A stretch of 41,860 nucleotides of DNA from a virus (taxonomy: Duplodnaviria > Caudoviricetes): IMG/VR virus record IMGVR_UViG_3300027193_000013, positions 1 through 41,860 of that record. One strand, given 5' to 3'. Numbering within the stretch: the stretch's first letter is position 1; each line of letters begins with the position of its first letter. The notes under the pieces were generated by a model that saw nothing but the letters and a program-made list of their open reading frames with translations, made no database searches and was not told the origin of the DNA. Below, piece after piece: positions 1-9,015 of this stretch. Made by a program: the position numbers and the translations under genes.

Positions 1-365
1 GATTTGCCATCGCGCATAAATACGGTTGTGCCATCACCTATGAAGAAGCCAGCCATACGGGCACGTGCCGAGTCATCAGTTGTAGATACATCTACGCTTG
101 ATAGATGAACAACATTCATCTTTTCACGCAAGTCACCAGCAACCATCCATCCAGTTGTTGTTAGGAATGGGTGTGTAAGTGCCGCTGTCGTAACACGTCC
201 ACGCTTAGTAGTAATCTTGACGCAGGCTAGTAGACCCTGCTTGAAGATTTCCATTATCTGCCTTGGGCGTCCTTCATGGGTTATCACAAAGTCACCAATC
301 ACGACATCTTTAATAGGCTTGCGTGTTCCATCACCCATAAGCACCAATGACTCAACCCAGACAGG
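1..365 (-). mobile_element. Intein with LAGLIDADG homing endonuclease inserted in the TerL Walker A (partial)
   Basis: After GK the protein reads PVWVESLVLMGDGTRKPIKDVVIGDFVITHEG (Hint block A-like), then TTAALTHPFLTTTGW (block B-like) and MAGFFIGDG (LAGLIDADG block C-like). Confidence 0.88.
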
Positions 366-644
366 TTTCCCATGTCTAGGGGGCATTGAGATTGCCAAAC
401 GGTCAATCTGTCCACGGTCAACTGCATCAAGGTGTTCAGCAATTAACTTGATATGCGCTGGGTCAGCAGTCCATCCCTTTGGGAGTGTAAGTTTCAGATA
501 CTCGTGAAAAGACTCCATCGAGCCTTTTTCAATACCATCCCTATAAGGGTTGTAGATATCACTCGTCGTCCCCGGAATCCTCAATCCCCGCCGTATCGCT
601 TCCTCCATCAGCTTCTGCCGTAAGGAGTCTTGTAATTTGCTCAT
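1..644 (-). CDS. terL: Terminase large subunit, N-terminal part (runs off the window), intein-containing
   Basis: Not in the ORF track. My translation from ATG 644 (alternative ATG 518) reads MSKLQDSLRQKLMEEAIRRG...HIKLIAEHLDAVDRGQIDRLAISMPPRHGK, with the TerL Walker A-type motif MPPRHGK. The frame is open to base 1 and overlaps the 3' end of the TerS-like gene. Confidence 0.9.
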   Translation of the reverse strand, partial: MSKLQDSLRQKLMEEAIRRGLRIPGTTSDIYNPYRDGIEKGSMESFHEYLKLTLPKGWTADPAHIKLIAEHLDAVDRGQIDRLAISMPPRHGKPVWVESLVLMGDGTRKPIKDVVIGDFVITHEGRPRQIMEIFKQGLLACVKITTKRGRVTTAALTHPFLTTTGWMVAGDLREKMNVVHLSSVDVSTTDDSARARMAGFFIGDGTTVFMRDGK

Positions 645-1137
645 CTGTCATTTGCCTCACATCAACTTGAGTCTTCTTGCCCCAACGCTTGCTATGTCGT
701 CTTTCCAGTAGCCAAGCCGCGGCACCCCAGTTTTCTTCTGCGGCACGACGTATACGGACAATAAGTCCTAACTCACCACGGCTTTCAGCCATGCGTACAC
801 GACGTGCAAATTCAACGAGTTCTGTAGGGACATCCATGTCACCACTCTCACCACGTACTATCCAATCCTTCAGTCTTCTGACGGGCACACCAGCGACCTG
901 AGCCGCTACAGAGTGTGATGCCCCAGCAAGGATTGCATCCAAGATAACTTTCATCTTGGTGTCGTCAATTGATAGAGGAGTTCCACCATAGGCTTTGCCG
1001 TCAGGTCTTTTCGAACTCATTACCGCTTGACGTCGTGCGTGGTACTCATCAAAAAGTGGAGCAGATAATTCTTCCTTGATAGAGTCTCTTGATTCAGGAA
1101 CCGATAAATCAATCGGCACTAGTTCATCATCATCCAT
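559..1137 (-). CDS. terS: Terminase small subunit-like HTH protein
   Basis: HTH-like segment AGASHSVAAQVAGVPVRRLKDW plus a WGAAAWLLERR motif; lies directly upstream of TerL. Confidence 0.72.
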   Translation of the reverse strand: MDDDELVPIDLSVPESRDSIKEELSAPLFDEYHARRQAVMSSKRPDGKAYGGTPLSIDDTKMKVILDAILAGASHSVAAQVAGVPVRRLKDWIVRGESGDMDVPTELVEFARRVRMAESRGELGLIVRIRRAAEENWGAAAWLLERRHSKRWGKKTQVDVRQMTDEQITRLLTAEADGGSDTAGIEDSGDDE

Positions 1138-1726
1138 TTCTTAGAACTGCCTTTCCTCTGGTTTGTTTTTCCCAAGTCACAATCAACTTGTCACAGTCTT
1201 CTTCGTTCTCACCAACAACTAACAGTGAATCGCCTAACTCCCACGTTTCGCCTTGATTGGCAAGCCTTGGGACTAACTTTTCATATGAGTCAGTAGTTAA
1301 TTTAAGTTCTTCATTTGCGATATCACTGATGAAGTTGTTCAAGTCTTCGTAGTCATATCCGGTACCGGCTAGTTGCTTTTCAGTATTAGCCAACTCAGCA
1401 AGCAAGACAGTCAACGCCGTGTTGTCGTCTAGACCAAGGCGTGTTGTTCTGTTGTCAGCAAGCAGGATTCTGACTTCTGAGTCTTCATCTACATCAACCC
1501 ACTCAACAGGCACTGTGTCCATTTTGAGTGCCTTGGCAGCCATCAGCCGGTGATTTCCAGCAAGGACGTAGTTGTTCCTCTTGTTGACTATCAGGCGACC
1601 GTAGAAGCCATTTGTTTCTATAGATGAAATGACAGCACCCAAGTCGCCTTGATTGACATTCCTTGGGTGCTGTTTAAGTAAATGTACGTCAACTTCCTCA
1701 GAAGCAACTGTCAGCCTTTTAATCAA
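1130..1726 (-). CDS. ParB/Srx N-terminal-domain protein with vestigial methyltransferase-fusion flanks
   Basis: HPRN...GF.GRLIV...VLAGNHRLMAAK...RILLADNRT is a ParB-N signature. Probable TTG start at 1726 overlaps the upstream gene end; the ORF track extends to 1759. Confidence 0.8.
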   Translation of the reverse strand: MIKRLTVASEEVDVHLLKQHPRNVNQGDLGAVISSIETNGFYGRLIVNKRNNYVLAGNHRLMAAKALKMDTVPVEWVDVDEDSEVRILLADNRTTRLGLDDNTALTVLLAELANTEKQLAGTGYDYEDLNNFISDIANEELKLTTDSYEKLVPRLANQGETWELGDSLLVVGENEEDCDKLIVTWEKQTRGKAVLRNG

Positions 1727-2078
1727 TGTAGTCGTCTGCAACCCATGGACCCGTGCCAAGAAGATACACTTCTTCCTTCAACTTGATAGGGAAGACTCGG
1801 TAACCTTCATGAGCTTCCATGCTTGTCTCACTCATCTTCCACTCAACATTGCGTACAACAATGAACTGATTCTTATCTTCAACAAAATCTTCAAGCACGA
1901 TGCCGTACGACCAATGACCAAGTTTAGTCCTGAAGCGAACTTTCGTACCCGCCGGGATAATGTCATCGGACTTGCGTTCACCCATGTATTTGAGTTGATA
2001 ACCAAGAACCATACCGATAAAGATTGCCGAAATAGCAGTCATTCCATATGTGACTAGTGTCGCATTTTCAAACATCAT
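1719..2078 (-). CDS. Hypothetical protein with N-terminal hydrophobic segment
   Basis: 119-aa ORF coupled to its neighbours (ATGA overlap upstream); hydrophobic stretch LVTYGMTAISAIFIGMVLGY. Confidence 0.6.
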   Translation of the reverse strand: MMFENATLVTYGMTAISAIFIGMVLGYQLKYMGERKSDDIIPAGTKVRFRTKLGHWSYGIVLEDFVEDKNQFIVVRNVEWKMSETSMEAHEGYRVFPIKLKEEVYLLGTGPWVADDYID

Positions 2079-2839
2079 GAACCTCCCTTTGCTGGCTTAT
2101 GCCAACGCTCCCGCCAGACTTGCATTCCACGCTCCGCATTAGCAGTCCGCTTTGACTTTGTGTAAAGCGATACGGCTTCCCTTGCAACACCAAGGGCAAC
2201 GAAGTGCTTCTTGCCTTCTAAGCCACCGGCACGTCGAATCCAAGTCGTACGCTCTTCTTCCGGTATCTTATTGACGATGTTTTCAAGCATCTCTGTTTCT
2301 TCGGCTTTGATTAGCATGTTGTTAGCATTGATAGACTTGGCAACATTGACCGCTTCACCAGAACCGTAGATACCTTCAACGGTTGTCAACATCTTCGCAA
2401 TTAGTTCATCCCGATTCTCATCACCACTTGGTTTGAGTTCGTTAGTCCAACTGAAAAGGTCATACTGCTTATCACCCAACTGATGCGTGACAGGCACGGG
2501 TTCAGCCTTGTAGACCTTCTGTGCTTCGACTATGTGCCCCGGTACGCCGTGGATACGTGGCATACCCAAGACATCAAGCACCTTGTTTGCGACTTCTTCG
2601 TAAGTAGGACGGAACTTCTGGTTACGTAGCCAATATCGTAAACGCCACACCTCAGGACTTTCGTTTGTCATAGGTTGCTTTAGTTCACTAGGTCTTTGGT
2701 TTACAATTGCTTGCTGCAATGGACGTAAGGCGTTTGTATATTCCTTTGCATCCATTTCATCCATTTCGATACCAGATAGACGTGAAAGGTCAGACATAAC
2801 TTCCTTCCACATTGCGACGGACATTTCTCGTGGGTTCAT
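2075..2839 (-). CDS. Hypothetical protein
   Basis: 254-aa ORF with ATGA overlaps at both ends. Confidence 0.65.
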   Translation of the reverse strand: MNPREMSVAMWKEVMSDLSRLSGIEMDEMDAKEYTNALRPLQQAIVNQRPSELKQPMTNESPEVWRLRYWLRNQKFRPTYEEVANKVLDVLGMPRIHGVPGHIVEAQKVYKAEPVPVTHQLGDKQYDLFSWTNELKPSGDENRDELIAKMLTTVEGIYGSGEAVNVAKSINANNMLIKAEETEMLENIVNKIPEEERTTWIRRAGGLEGKKHFVALGVAREAVSLYTKSKRTANAERGMQVWRERWHKPAKGGS

Positions 2840-3117
2840 AGAGACATGTTACTAGATTCTGTGGACTTTGTCAACTCTACTTTTTCTTTTAGTTGTTTAC
2901 GAGTCCAACCCTTAATTTTTGTCTTAGGGCAGACTTCCTTAAGTGCACCTAGTACTCTTAGGTCATCGTAGACTTCATCGAAGCCGTTGACAGTTATGAT
3001 GACCGTCTTTCCACAGTTGATGCACATGCACATGTAGTGGCATATATCGGTTTTGTGGTAAAGCATTTTGTGGAAGCCTTGACCACGCATAGTCCTTCGG
3101 TACGTCTGATAGAGCAT
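2836..3117 (-). CDS. Small Cys/His-rich hypothetical protein
   Basis: CHYMCMCINCG motif. Start reassigned to ATG 3117 because TACAAT lies 6 nt upstream. Confidence 0.55.
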   Translation of the reverse strand: MLYQTYRRTMRGQGFHKMLYHKTDICHYMCMCINCGKTVIITVNGFDEVYDDLRVLGALKEVCPKTKIKGWTRKQLKEKVELTKSTESSNMSL

Positions 3118-3129
3118 AACGGCATTGTA
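3118..3129 (-). promoter_or_regulatory. -10 element TACAAT, leaderless-type start for the leftward operon
   Basis: Minus-strand TACAAT (3129-3124), 6 nt, ATG (3117). No convincing -35. Confidence 0.45.
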
Positions 3130-3175
3130 CAATCTAAATAACTGTACTGTTGACACTAATGGTAAAAACAAAAAT

Positions 3176-3412
3176 ATGACGTCTAGTGATGAATCCTTAG
3201 TTGGATATGACTTAAGAGCCACAGTGGACGACAGGGAAGCCACTTTTGTCCGCTTTGCTTTTTTCTGTAATCGTGGTTACTGTGTAGAGTTGACAAATGA
3301 TGATGCAAAATCCATTATAGTTAAAATGCGTGATGCTTCTCGTCGTATCAAATTCAATTCGGTGAAGACTGATGAACTCATGCGGAAGGAATTCAATAGA
3401 TGGGCTTGTTAA
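3176..3412 (+). CDS. Hypothetical protein
   Basis: ORF MTSSDESLVG...RWAC overlapping the portal start; start position uncertain. Confidence 0.45.
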   Translation: MTSSDESLVGYDLRATVDDREATFVRFAFFCNRGYCVELTNDDAKSIIVKMRDASRRIKFNSVKTDELMRKEFNRWAC

Positions 3413-5169
3413 GCAGGTTCTCTGACGCTTGGTTAGCCCTAACGGGTAAAGATGAAGTAAAAGTCACTCTACGCCCAAGTGCTGAGGCTCCACAGCCACG
3501 AAACCGTACCCGTGCCGTCGCACGTGCTGGTAACGGTGGGCTTGAAAGCATCATCACAACCAAACTACCATCGAGCAAACTTGATTGGGCAAAAGAGGCT
3601 GGAGACCTTGGTCTCAACTCTATTATTGCCATTGGTCTTGACTGGTACATTCGAAATCTAAATGTAGGTAAGTTGGTAATCCAACGAAACGTACAGGATA
3701 CAAAGTCTGACAAGTTTGAACTTATCGACACACACCCGCTCCTAAACCTTCTTAGGAATCCATCGCCGGGTGTACCAGCAAACACATTCTACGGATGGAT
3801 TACGCAGGACTTGAAATTGCAAGGCAACGCCTATGCACGAAAAGTCCGCAAGGGTGGTCGCCGTAGCGAAGTCGTTTACTTGCAGTTCTTGCCGTGTGAC
3901 ATGGTCACTCCAAAGGGTGAGCCTGAACTCATCGTAAAAGAGTACATCTACATGGTGGATGGCGTCCAGTACGACATAGCATCTGAAGACATTATTCATT
4001 GGCGGTATTTACGTGACCCAATGGATATCCGTGTTGGTCGTTCAACGATAGCATCCGTCCTAAAAGAAGTTGCCGCAGACAACCAGAGTTCCACTGTTAG
4101 TTACTCACTGCTCAAGAACAACGCTATGCCGTCCTTGATGGTGGGTCCAGCCTCTGGTGACATGATGGTTGAAATCATGGAAGAGGATGCACGAGTCCTT
4201 AAAAAGCGTTTGCAAGAAGACTTCTGCGGAGACAATGCAGGTGGTATTGCGGTATCTACTGCTCCTTACTCCATCAGTAGGATGTCCATGTCACCGGCTG
4301 AATTAAGCCTTGACGAACTGCGACGTAAACCAGAAGAAAGAATTGCATCAGCCTTAGGTTTGAACTGTATGGTTCTGGGGCTTGGTGCAGGACTTGAACG
4401 GAATACTTACTCTAACTATGCTGAGGCACGTCGTGCTGCATGGGAAGACGGGATGGTTCCACTGCAAGAACAACTGTGCGCTCAAATCACCATGGCGATG
4501 ATTCCTGAGTACACCGACTTGCAGGAAGATGACATCGTAGCTTTTGACAACACTGAAGTGCCAGCACTCCAAGAGGATGAATCACTTCGTGTATCAAGAG
4601 CAACAACACTGTATGCTGCTGGAATCATCGATAAGGCTGAAGCCAGAAAGATGATTGGAGAGGTAGCACGAACTGAAGATGAAGGCATCAACTCTCAGAC
4701 TGGAGTGGGCGTCGAAGCAAGCGCAATACCAGCCGAAGCACCACCAGAACCAGCGGTACAGCCGGAACCGCCAACCACACCTCCAACGCCTCAGCCAGAA
4801 CAAAAGGCAACAGAAGTTGAACTAGAAGAGGTAAAGGCTGAAGGGTATAAACCAACGTCTGGCATGCAGTCCGCTGCCAGACGTGCACTTCAGTGGAAAA
4901 AAGAAGGCAAGTCCGGTGGAACGCTAATTGGTTTGACACGTGCTAATCAGTTGGTGAATGGCGAGAGTCTGTCCGAGAGCACAGTTCTACGCATGTACTC
5001 ATTCTTCTCACGACACGAAGTTGATAAACAGGCTACCGGATTCAATAGTGGTCAAGATGGCTTCCCAAGCAATGGACGGGTTGCATGGGACTTGTGGGGC
5101 GGTGACGCTGGCGCATCTTGGAGTAAAAAGATTCGTGACCGCATCATGAAAGAACGTGAAGGCAAATGA
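3400..5169 (+). CDS. Portal protein (HK97-like) with Pro-rich linker and extra C-terminal domain
   Basis: HPLLNLLRNP, GNAY, IIHWR, N.AMPS, ERIASALG, TYSNYAEA and EARKMIG motifs; first gene of the head module. Confidence 0.92.
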   Translation: MGLLSRFSDAWLALTGKDEVKVTLRPSAEAPQPRNRTRAVARAGNGGLESIITTKLPSSKLDWAKEAGDLGLNSIIAIGLDWYIRNLNVGKLVIQRNVQDTKSDKFELIDTHPLLNLLRNPSPGVPANTFYGWITQDLKLQGNAYARKVRKGGRRSEVVYLQFLPCDMVTPKGEPELIVKEYIYMVDGVQYDIASEDIIHWRYLRDPMDIRVGRSTIASVLKEVAADNQSSTVSYSLLKNNAMPSLMVGPASGDMMVEIMEEDARVLKKRLQEDFCGDNAGGIAVSTAPYSISRMSMSPAELSLDELRRKPEERIASALGLNCMVLGLGAGLERNTYSNYAEARRAAWEDGMVPLQEQLCAQITMAMIPEYTDLQEDDIVAFDNTEVPALQEDESLRVSRATTLYAAGIIDKAEARKMIGEVARTEDEGINSQTGVGVEASAIPAEAPPEPAVQPEPPTTPPTPQPEQKATEVELEEVKAEGYKPTSGMQSAARRALQWKKEGKSGGTLIGLTRANQLVNGESLSESTVLRMYSFFSRHEVDKQATGFNSGQDGFPSNGRVAWDLWGGDAGASWSKKIRDRIMKEREGK

Positions 5170-6062
5170 GCACGGAACGTGTAGACGAAGCACTACTCAT
5201 CATGAGAAGTCTGAGTGATGAGTACGACCAGAGCGTAAACCGCACAGTCAAACAACTCAAAGACAAATTTAAAAAACAACGAGAGTCTATTGACGCAATC
5301 GGCACTATGGTCAAGATGAGTGGTCTTGATGTCCAGACGTCGGCAATACTTTTGCGTAGACTGCAAACAATCGTTGTCACGACCGCTAGTCTGATGCTTG
5401 ACAAGTTTGATGAAACAAAGTCATCTCTTGCAACGATGATTATTGAAGAACTGAATGAAAGTTCTGAAGTACTCAATGGCAAGAAGTTAATTAGTGACGA
5501 AGAAGCACAAGACTTCATCAAGCAACTATTCACCCCTGAGCTTGACTATCAGATGGAATGTGAAATAGAGACGATAGTTGACAATGCTAGGTTAGCAAAC
5601 AATATTTCATTTAGTCAACCACATGAATTGATTATGTCGGCTATTTCTGACGCAGATGAAGACTTTGTATCTAATATAATTTCTGTGTTTACTAAAGCTG
5701 CGAAAAATATCTTTACCGATGTAGTCCGCTTGACGATAAGGGACAAGAACGTCAAATGTGTGACGGTTACCCCTTGCGACGTGACGACAAAAGCAGAATG
5801 CTGGTTTGTACACGGAACAGATATTAATTTGACTAGTTCATTTACGACTCACGGGAGTGGTTGCAAGTGTGTTCCGTTGTTTTATTTAAATGGTGTTGCA
5901 GAAGAAGTGAAGTCCATTAAATCAGCGGATGAAGCCTTTGAATTACTGGAGACCTACGAAGCGAAGTCTGTCCTTGGTGACGGAAGATACGCAAAGTGGT
6001 TGAAAGGTGATTCACTAAATGTATTACTAACTGTAGACGAAGACAATTCTGAACAAGCGTGA
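5166..6062 (+). CDS. Minor head protein (Mu gpF/SPP1 gp7-like, divergent)
   Basis: Lies between portal and protease. CWFVHG...HGSGCKC resembles the gpF C..H..HPNCRC motif; also VLGDGRYAKW. Confidence 0.55.
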   Translation: MSTERVDEALLIMRSLSDEYDQSVNRTVKQLKDKFKKQRESIDAIGTMVKMSGLDVQTSAILLRRLQTIVVTTASLMLDKFDETKSSLATMIIEELNESSEVLNGKKLISDEEAQDFIKQLFTPELDYQMECEIETIVDNARLANNISFSQPHELIMSAISDADEDFVSNIISVFTKAAKNIFTDVVRLTIRDKNVKCVTVTPCDVTTKAECWFVHGTDINLTSSFTTHGSGCKCVPLFYLNGVAEEVKSIKSADEAFELLETYEAKSVLGDGRYAKWLKGDSLNVLLTVDEDNSEQA

Positions 6063-6087
6063 CGTTTGCAGAGGATATGAAAGAACT

Positions 6088-7602
6088 ATGTCAGTAGATT
6101 ACGACAACGAAATTGTGATTCGCTTTGGCGATGAAGTAAAAGCCACCACAGACGGTAAAGTTCGTGGTTACCTTATACGCTTTGGCGGCAAAGACCTTGA
6201 AGGCGATGTCTTTTCACCTCAGTGTGACTTTGGGCGACCGATGAAGGTAGGTGATTCTATGCCAATGAATCTCTACTATGCTCACGGTATGGACCCGGTC
6301 GTTGGTAAGAAGGCTGTCGGCGCAGGTCGAATCGTTGTTAAAGAAGCAGGACTTTGGTACGAAGGTCAGATTCAAATGTCTGACCAGTATCGAGAAATGA
6401 TTAAGCGGCTTGCTGTTGAGGGTCGTTTAGGCTTTTCAAGTGGAGCGGCTGGTCATCTTGTCGTTCGTGAGAAGTCTTTTGATGGTGACTCAAACCTACT
6501 GACCGTATGGCCTCTTGCTGAAGCAAGCCTTACTCCACGTCCAGCCGAACCACGTAACCTTGCTTTTGCTAAGTCTTTATCTAACTTTGCAAACCTTATG
6601 ACTGATGATGAGTTGTCAGATGTGCTTACTGTTCATCGAGCAGGTACATTGACGAAGATTGAAAATCCTATGAAATGTGGCGGTGGTTACCCTAAACCTC
6701 AGATGATGCCTATGCCAGCGGTGAAACCTAAGATGCGAATGCCTGAAGTCAATACATATTCTTGGATGTACCCACGCCGAAAGCGTGTTATGTCTAACCG
6801 TCCTTCTGCCGATGAAATGGCTGGTTACGGGATGCGTCCCGGCTACGTCGAAGACGAAGAAGAAGACAACATGGATATGTGTGGACCCGGCAAGAAGCGT
6901 CCATACCGTGGTGAGCCTGACGAGATGATGAACGGTGGCGGAATGCCTCCTATGTACTCGGAGCAGGAGATGGAAGGCGTAGACCCACAAGCACTGTCTA
7001 GCATTCTCTCCCACTTAATGATGGCTTACCAAGAGATGCTAACAGCACTCAACGAAGGTGAAGTTGAAGAAGAGGATATGGATGAGTATCATTCAACCCT
7101 CATGAACAATGTTGATACTTTCGGTACGATGCTACGTAGTTATATGTACAACCGCAAGCGTCCTATGAAGGAAGCGGTTGACCTAAAGTATATGTTCACT
7201 AAGTCCAAACCGACTAGTGTTACCGAATTCGAGCGACGGGTGCGTGATGTACTCAGTCTTTCTCGCCGGGAAGCAAAGATGCTTGCTTCTCATGGGTGGA
7301 AGGCACTGTGCGATGCAGTGGAAGAAGCCGAAGTGGACGAAGTTGACGTCAAGTCAGCAGATGTTCAACCAGTGGAAGAAGTTGTTGAACAAACAACAGA
7401 AGACGCTGAGCCAGTAGTGACTGATGAAGTTGTTACTGAAACCGCTGAAGAATTGGTAGTAGAGGAAACCGAAGTTGTGGAAGCAACGGAAGAGACTGAA
7501 GAACCAGTTCAGGAAGATGTCAAATCGTATGATGATGAGCAAGCTCGTCGCATGCGAGATGAACTGACCCGCAAACTTCTCGCACAGAGAATGCAAAACT
7601 AG
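6088..7602 (+). CDS. HK97-type prohead protease fused to a long low-complexity/acidic scaffold-like tail
   Basis: GYLIRFG..DLEGD.F, YAHG, GLW, GFSSG and EASLTPRPAEP motifs, followed by Met/Pro-rich and Glu-rich regions. Confidence 0.88.
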   Translation: MSVDYDNEIVIRFGDEVKATTDGKVRGYLIRFGGKDLEGDVFSPQCDFGRPMKVGDSMPMNLYYAHGMDPVVGKKAVGAGRIVVKEAGLWYEGQIQMSDQYREMIKRLAVEGRLGFSSGAAGHLVVREKSFDGDSNLLTVWPLAEASLTPRPAEPRNLAFAKSLSNFANLMTDDELSDVLTVHRAGTLTKIENPMKCGGGYPKPQMMPMPAVKPKMRMPEVNTYSWMYPRRKRVMSNRPSADEMAGYGMRPGYVEDEEEDNMDMCGPGKKRPYRGEPDEMMNGGGMPPMYSEQEMEGVDPQALSSILSHLMMAYQEMLTALNEGEVEEEDMDEYHSTLMNNVDTFGTMLRSYMYNRKRPMKEAVDLKYMFTKSKPTSVTEFERRVRDVLSLSRREAKMLASHGWKALCDAVEEAEVDEVDVKSADVQPVEEVVEQTTEDAEPVVTDEVVTETAEELVVEETEVVEATEETEEPVQEDVKSYDDEQARRMRDELTRKLLAQRMQN

Positions 7603-7614
7603 AAAGGTATAGAT

Positions 7615-8976
7615 ATGGATATTATTTCCCGTATCAACTCGCTTGAGTCCAAGATGGAAGCCAACAAGGCTACCGCTCAGGCTATTCTCGCAGACATGAA
7701 CCTTGACCCGGCAGATGCCGCAACTTTGATTGAAGAGAATGAAGGCATTTCCCTCCGTATCAAATCCCTGCGCTCCATCTCCGAGACAAACGCACTTCCA
7801 TACGAAGCACCTAAGCCAGAACCAGCAGTAAAGTCTGCTGCTGACCGTGCTGAAATCGACGCAATGAAGGCACTCCGCCTCCCTGCTGGAAACCGTGTTA
7901 CCAACTTTGCTGGTACCACGCAACAGGAGCGCGCACTCAAGGCTTACCGCTTTGGACAGTGGTTCCTTGGTGGACCTGCTGGAAATGCTAAGGCAGCAAC
8001 ATGGTGCCGTGAGCGTGGAATTGAAATCAAGGGTCACAACGAGTTCGAGAACGAAGTCGGTGGATTCCTTGTTCCTGAAGAGTTCCTCAACGACCTCATT
8101 GACCTCCGTGAGCAGTATGGTGTGTTCCGCCGTCTGACCCGTGTTGTCCCTATGACCTCTGACACGCAGTCCCGCCCACGCCGTAAGGGTGGCTTGACAG
8201 CGTTCTACGTTGGAGAAGGCGCAACCATCAACGAGTCCGAACTCAACTGGGACCGTGTTCGCTTGGTAACCAAGAAACTTGGCGTTATTGCTAAGTTGAC
8301 TGCTGAACTCAACGAAGACTCCACGATTGAAATTGCAAACACGGTTTCCGACGAAATCGCATATGCATTTGCAAACGCTGAAGACAACGCTGGATTCAAC
8401 GGTGACGGTACTTCCACTTATGGCGGTATTGTCGGTGTCCGTGAGAAAATCAAGGGTCTTGACGGTACCATCGCTAACATCGCTGGTCTCGTTGTTGGAA
8501 CCGGAAACGCTTACTCCGAGTTGATTCTGTCTGACTTCCGCAAGGTTATCGGTCGTCTTCCACAGTACGCTGACGGTGCTGGTGCACGGTGGATTGTTCA
8601 CCGCTCCTTTTACCATGAGGTCATGTGTAAGTTGGCTGAAGCAACCGGTGGTGTTACTTCGACCGAAATCATCAACGGCATCCCACGCCAGTACTTCATG
8701 GGTTACCCAGTGGAGTTCGCACAGGTCATGCCTAAGGATGAAGCTAACTCACAGGTATGTTGTCTCCTTGGCGACCTTCGCCTTGGCTCCATGCTTGGTG
8801 ACCGCCGTGACGTTACGCTTGCTCTCTCCGAGCATGCTGCCTTCACGACCGATGAGTTGACGCTCCGTGGTACACAGCGTTACGATATCAACGTCCATGA
8901 CGTTGGAAACGCTTCCGCTACGGCTTCGCTCCGCCAGCCCGGTCCTATCGTTGGTCTGATTACTGCCGCTTCGTAG
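7615..8976 (+). CDS. Major capsid protein, HK97 fold with N-terminal delta domain
   Basis: GGFLVPEEF, VGEG, KLGVIAKLTAELNEDS, FNGDG and MGYPV motifs; strong codon bias; SD-like GAAAGG. Confidence 0.95.
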   Translation: MDIISRINSLESKMEANKATAQAILADMNLDPADAATLIEENEGISLRIKSLRSISETNALPYEAPKPEPAVKSAADRAEIDAMKALRLPAGNRVTNFAGTTQQERALKAYRFGQWFLGGPAGNAKAATWCRERGIEIKGHNEFENEVGGFLVPEEFLNDLIDLREQYGVFRRLTRVVPMTSDTQSRPRRKGGLTAFYVGEGATINESELNWDRVRLVTKKLGVIAKLTAELNEDSTIEIANTVSDEIAYAFANAEDNAGFNGDGTSTYGGIVGVREKIKGLDGTIANIAGLVVGTGNAYSELILSDFRKVIGRLPQYADGAGARWIVHRSFYHEVMCKLAEATGGVTSTEIINGIPRQYFMGYPVEFAQVMPKDEANSQVCCLLGDLRLGSMLGDRRDVTLALSEHAAFTTDELTLRGTQRYDINVHDVGNASATASLRQPGPIVGLITAAS

Positions 8977-8991
8977 TAATCACTGAATCAT

Positions 8992-9015
8992 CAGGGGGGC
9001 TGAAAAGTCCCTCTG
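8992..9015 (+). promoter_or_regulatory. GAAA-tetraloop stem-loop between capsid and decoration genes
   Basis: CAGGGGGGCT-GAAA-AGTCCCTCTG forms 10 bp with two G-U pairs and abuts the GGAGG SD of the next gene. No U-tract. Confidence 0.45.

Noticed and set aside
217-507. 96-aa plus-strand ORF
   Set aside because: Antisense to the TerL/intein frame, which carries clear motifs.
3150-3180. TTGACA upstream of the 3176 ORF as a plus-strand promoter
   Set aside because: No TAnnnT at 16-18 nt spacing.
3118-3243. ORF-track N-terminal extensions (also at 1759, 33149, 35280, 36934, 37530)
   Set aside because: Downstream starts fit stop/start overlaps, SD motifs or -10 spacing better.
7354-8616. 420-aa minus-strand ORF
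   Set aside because: Antisense shadow of the codon-biased capsid gene; no motifs or plausible start signals.
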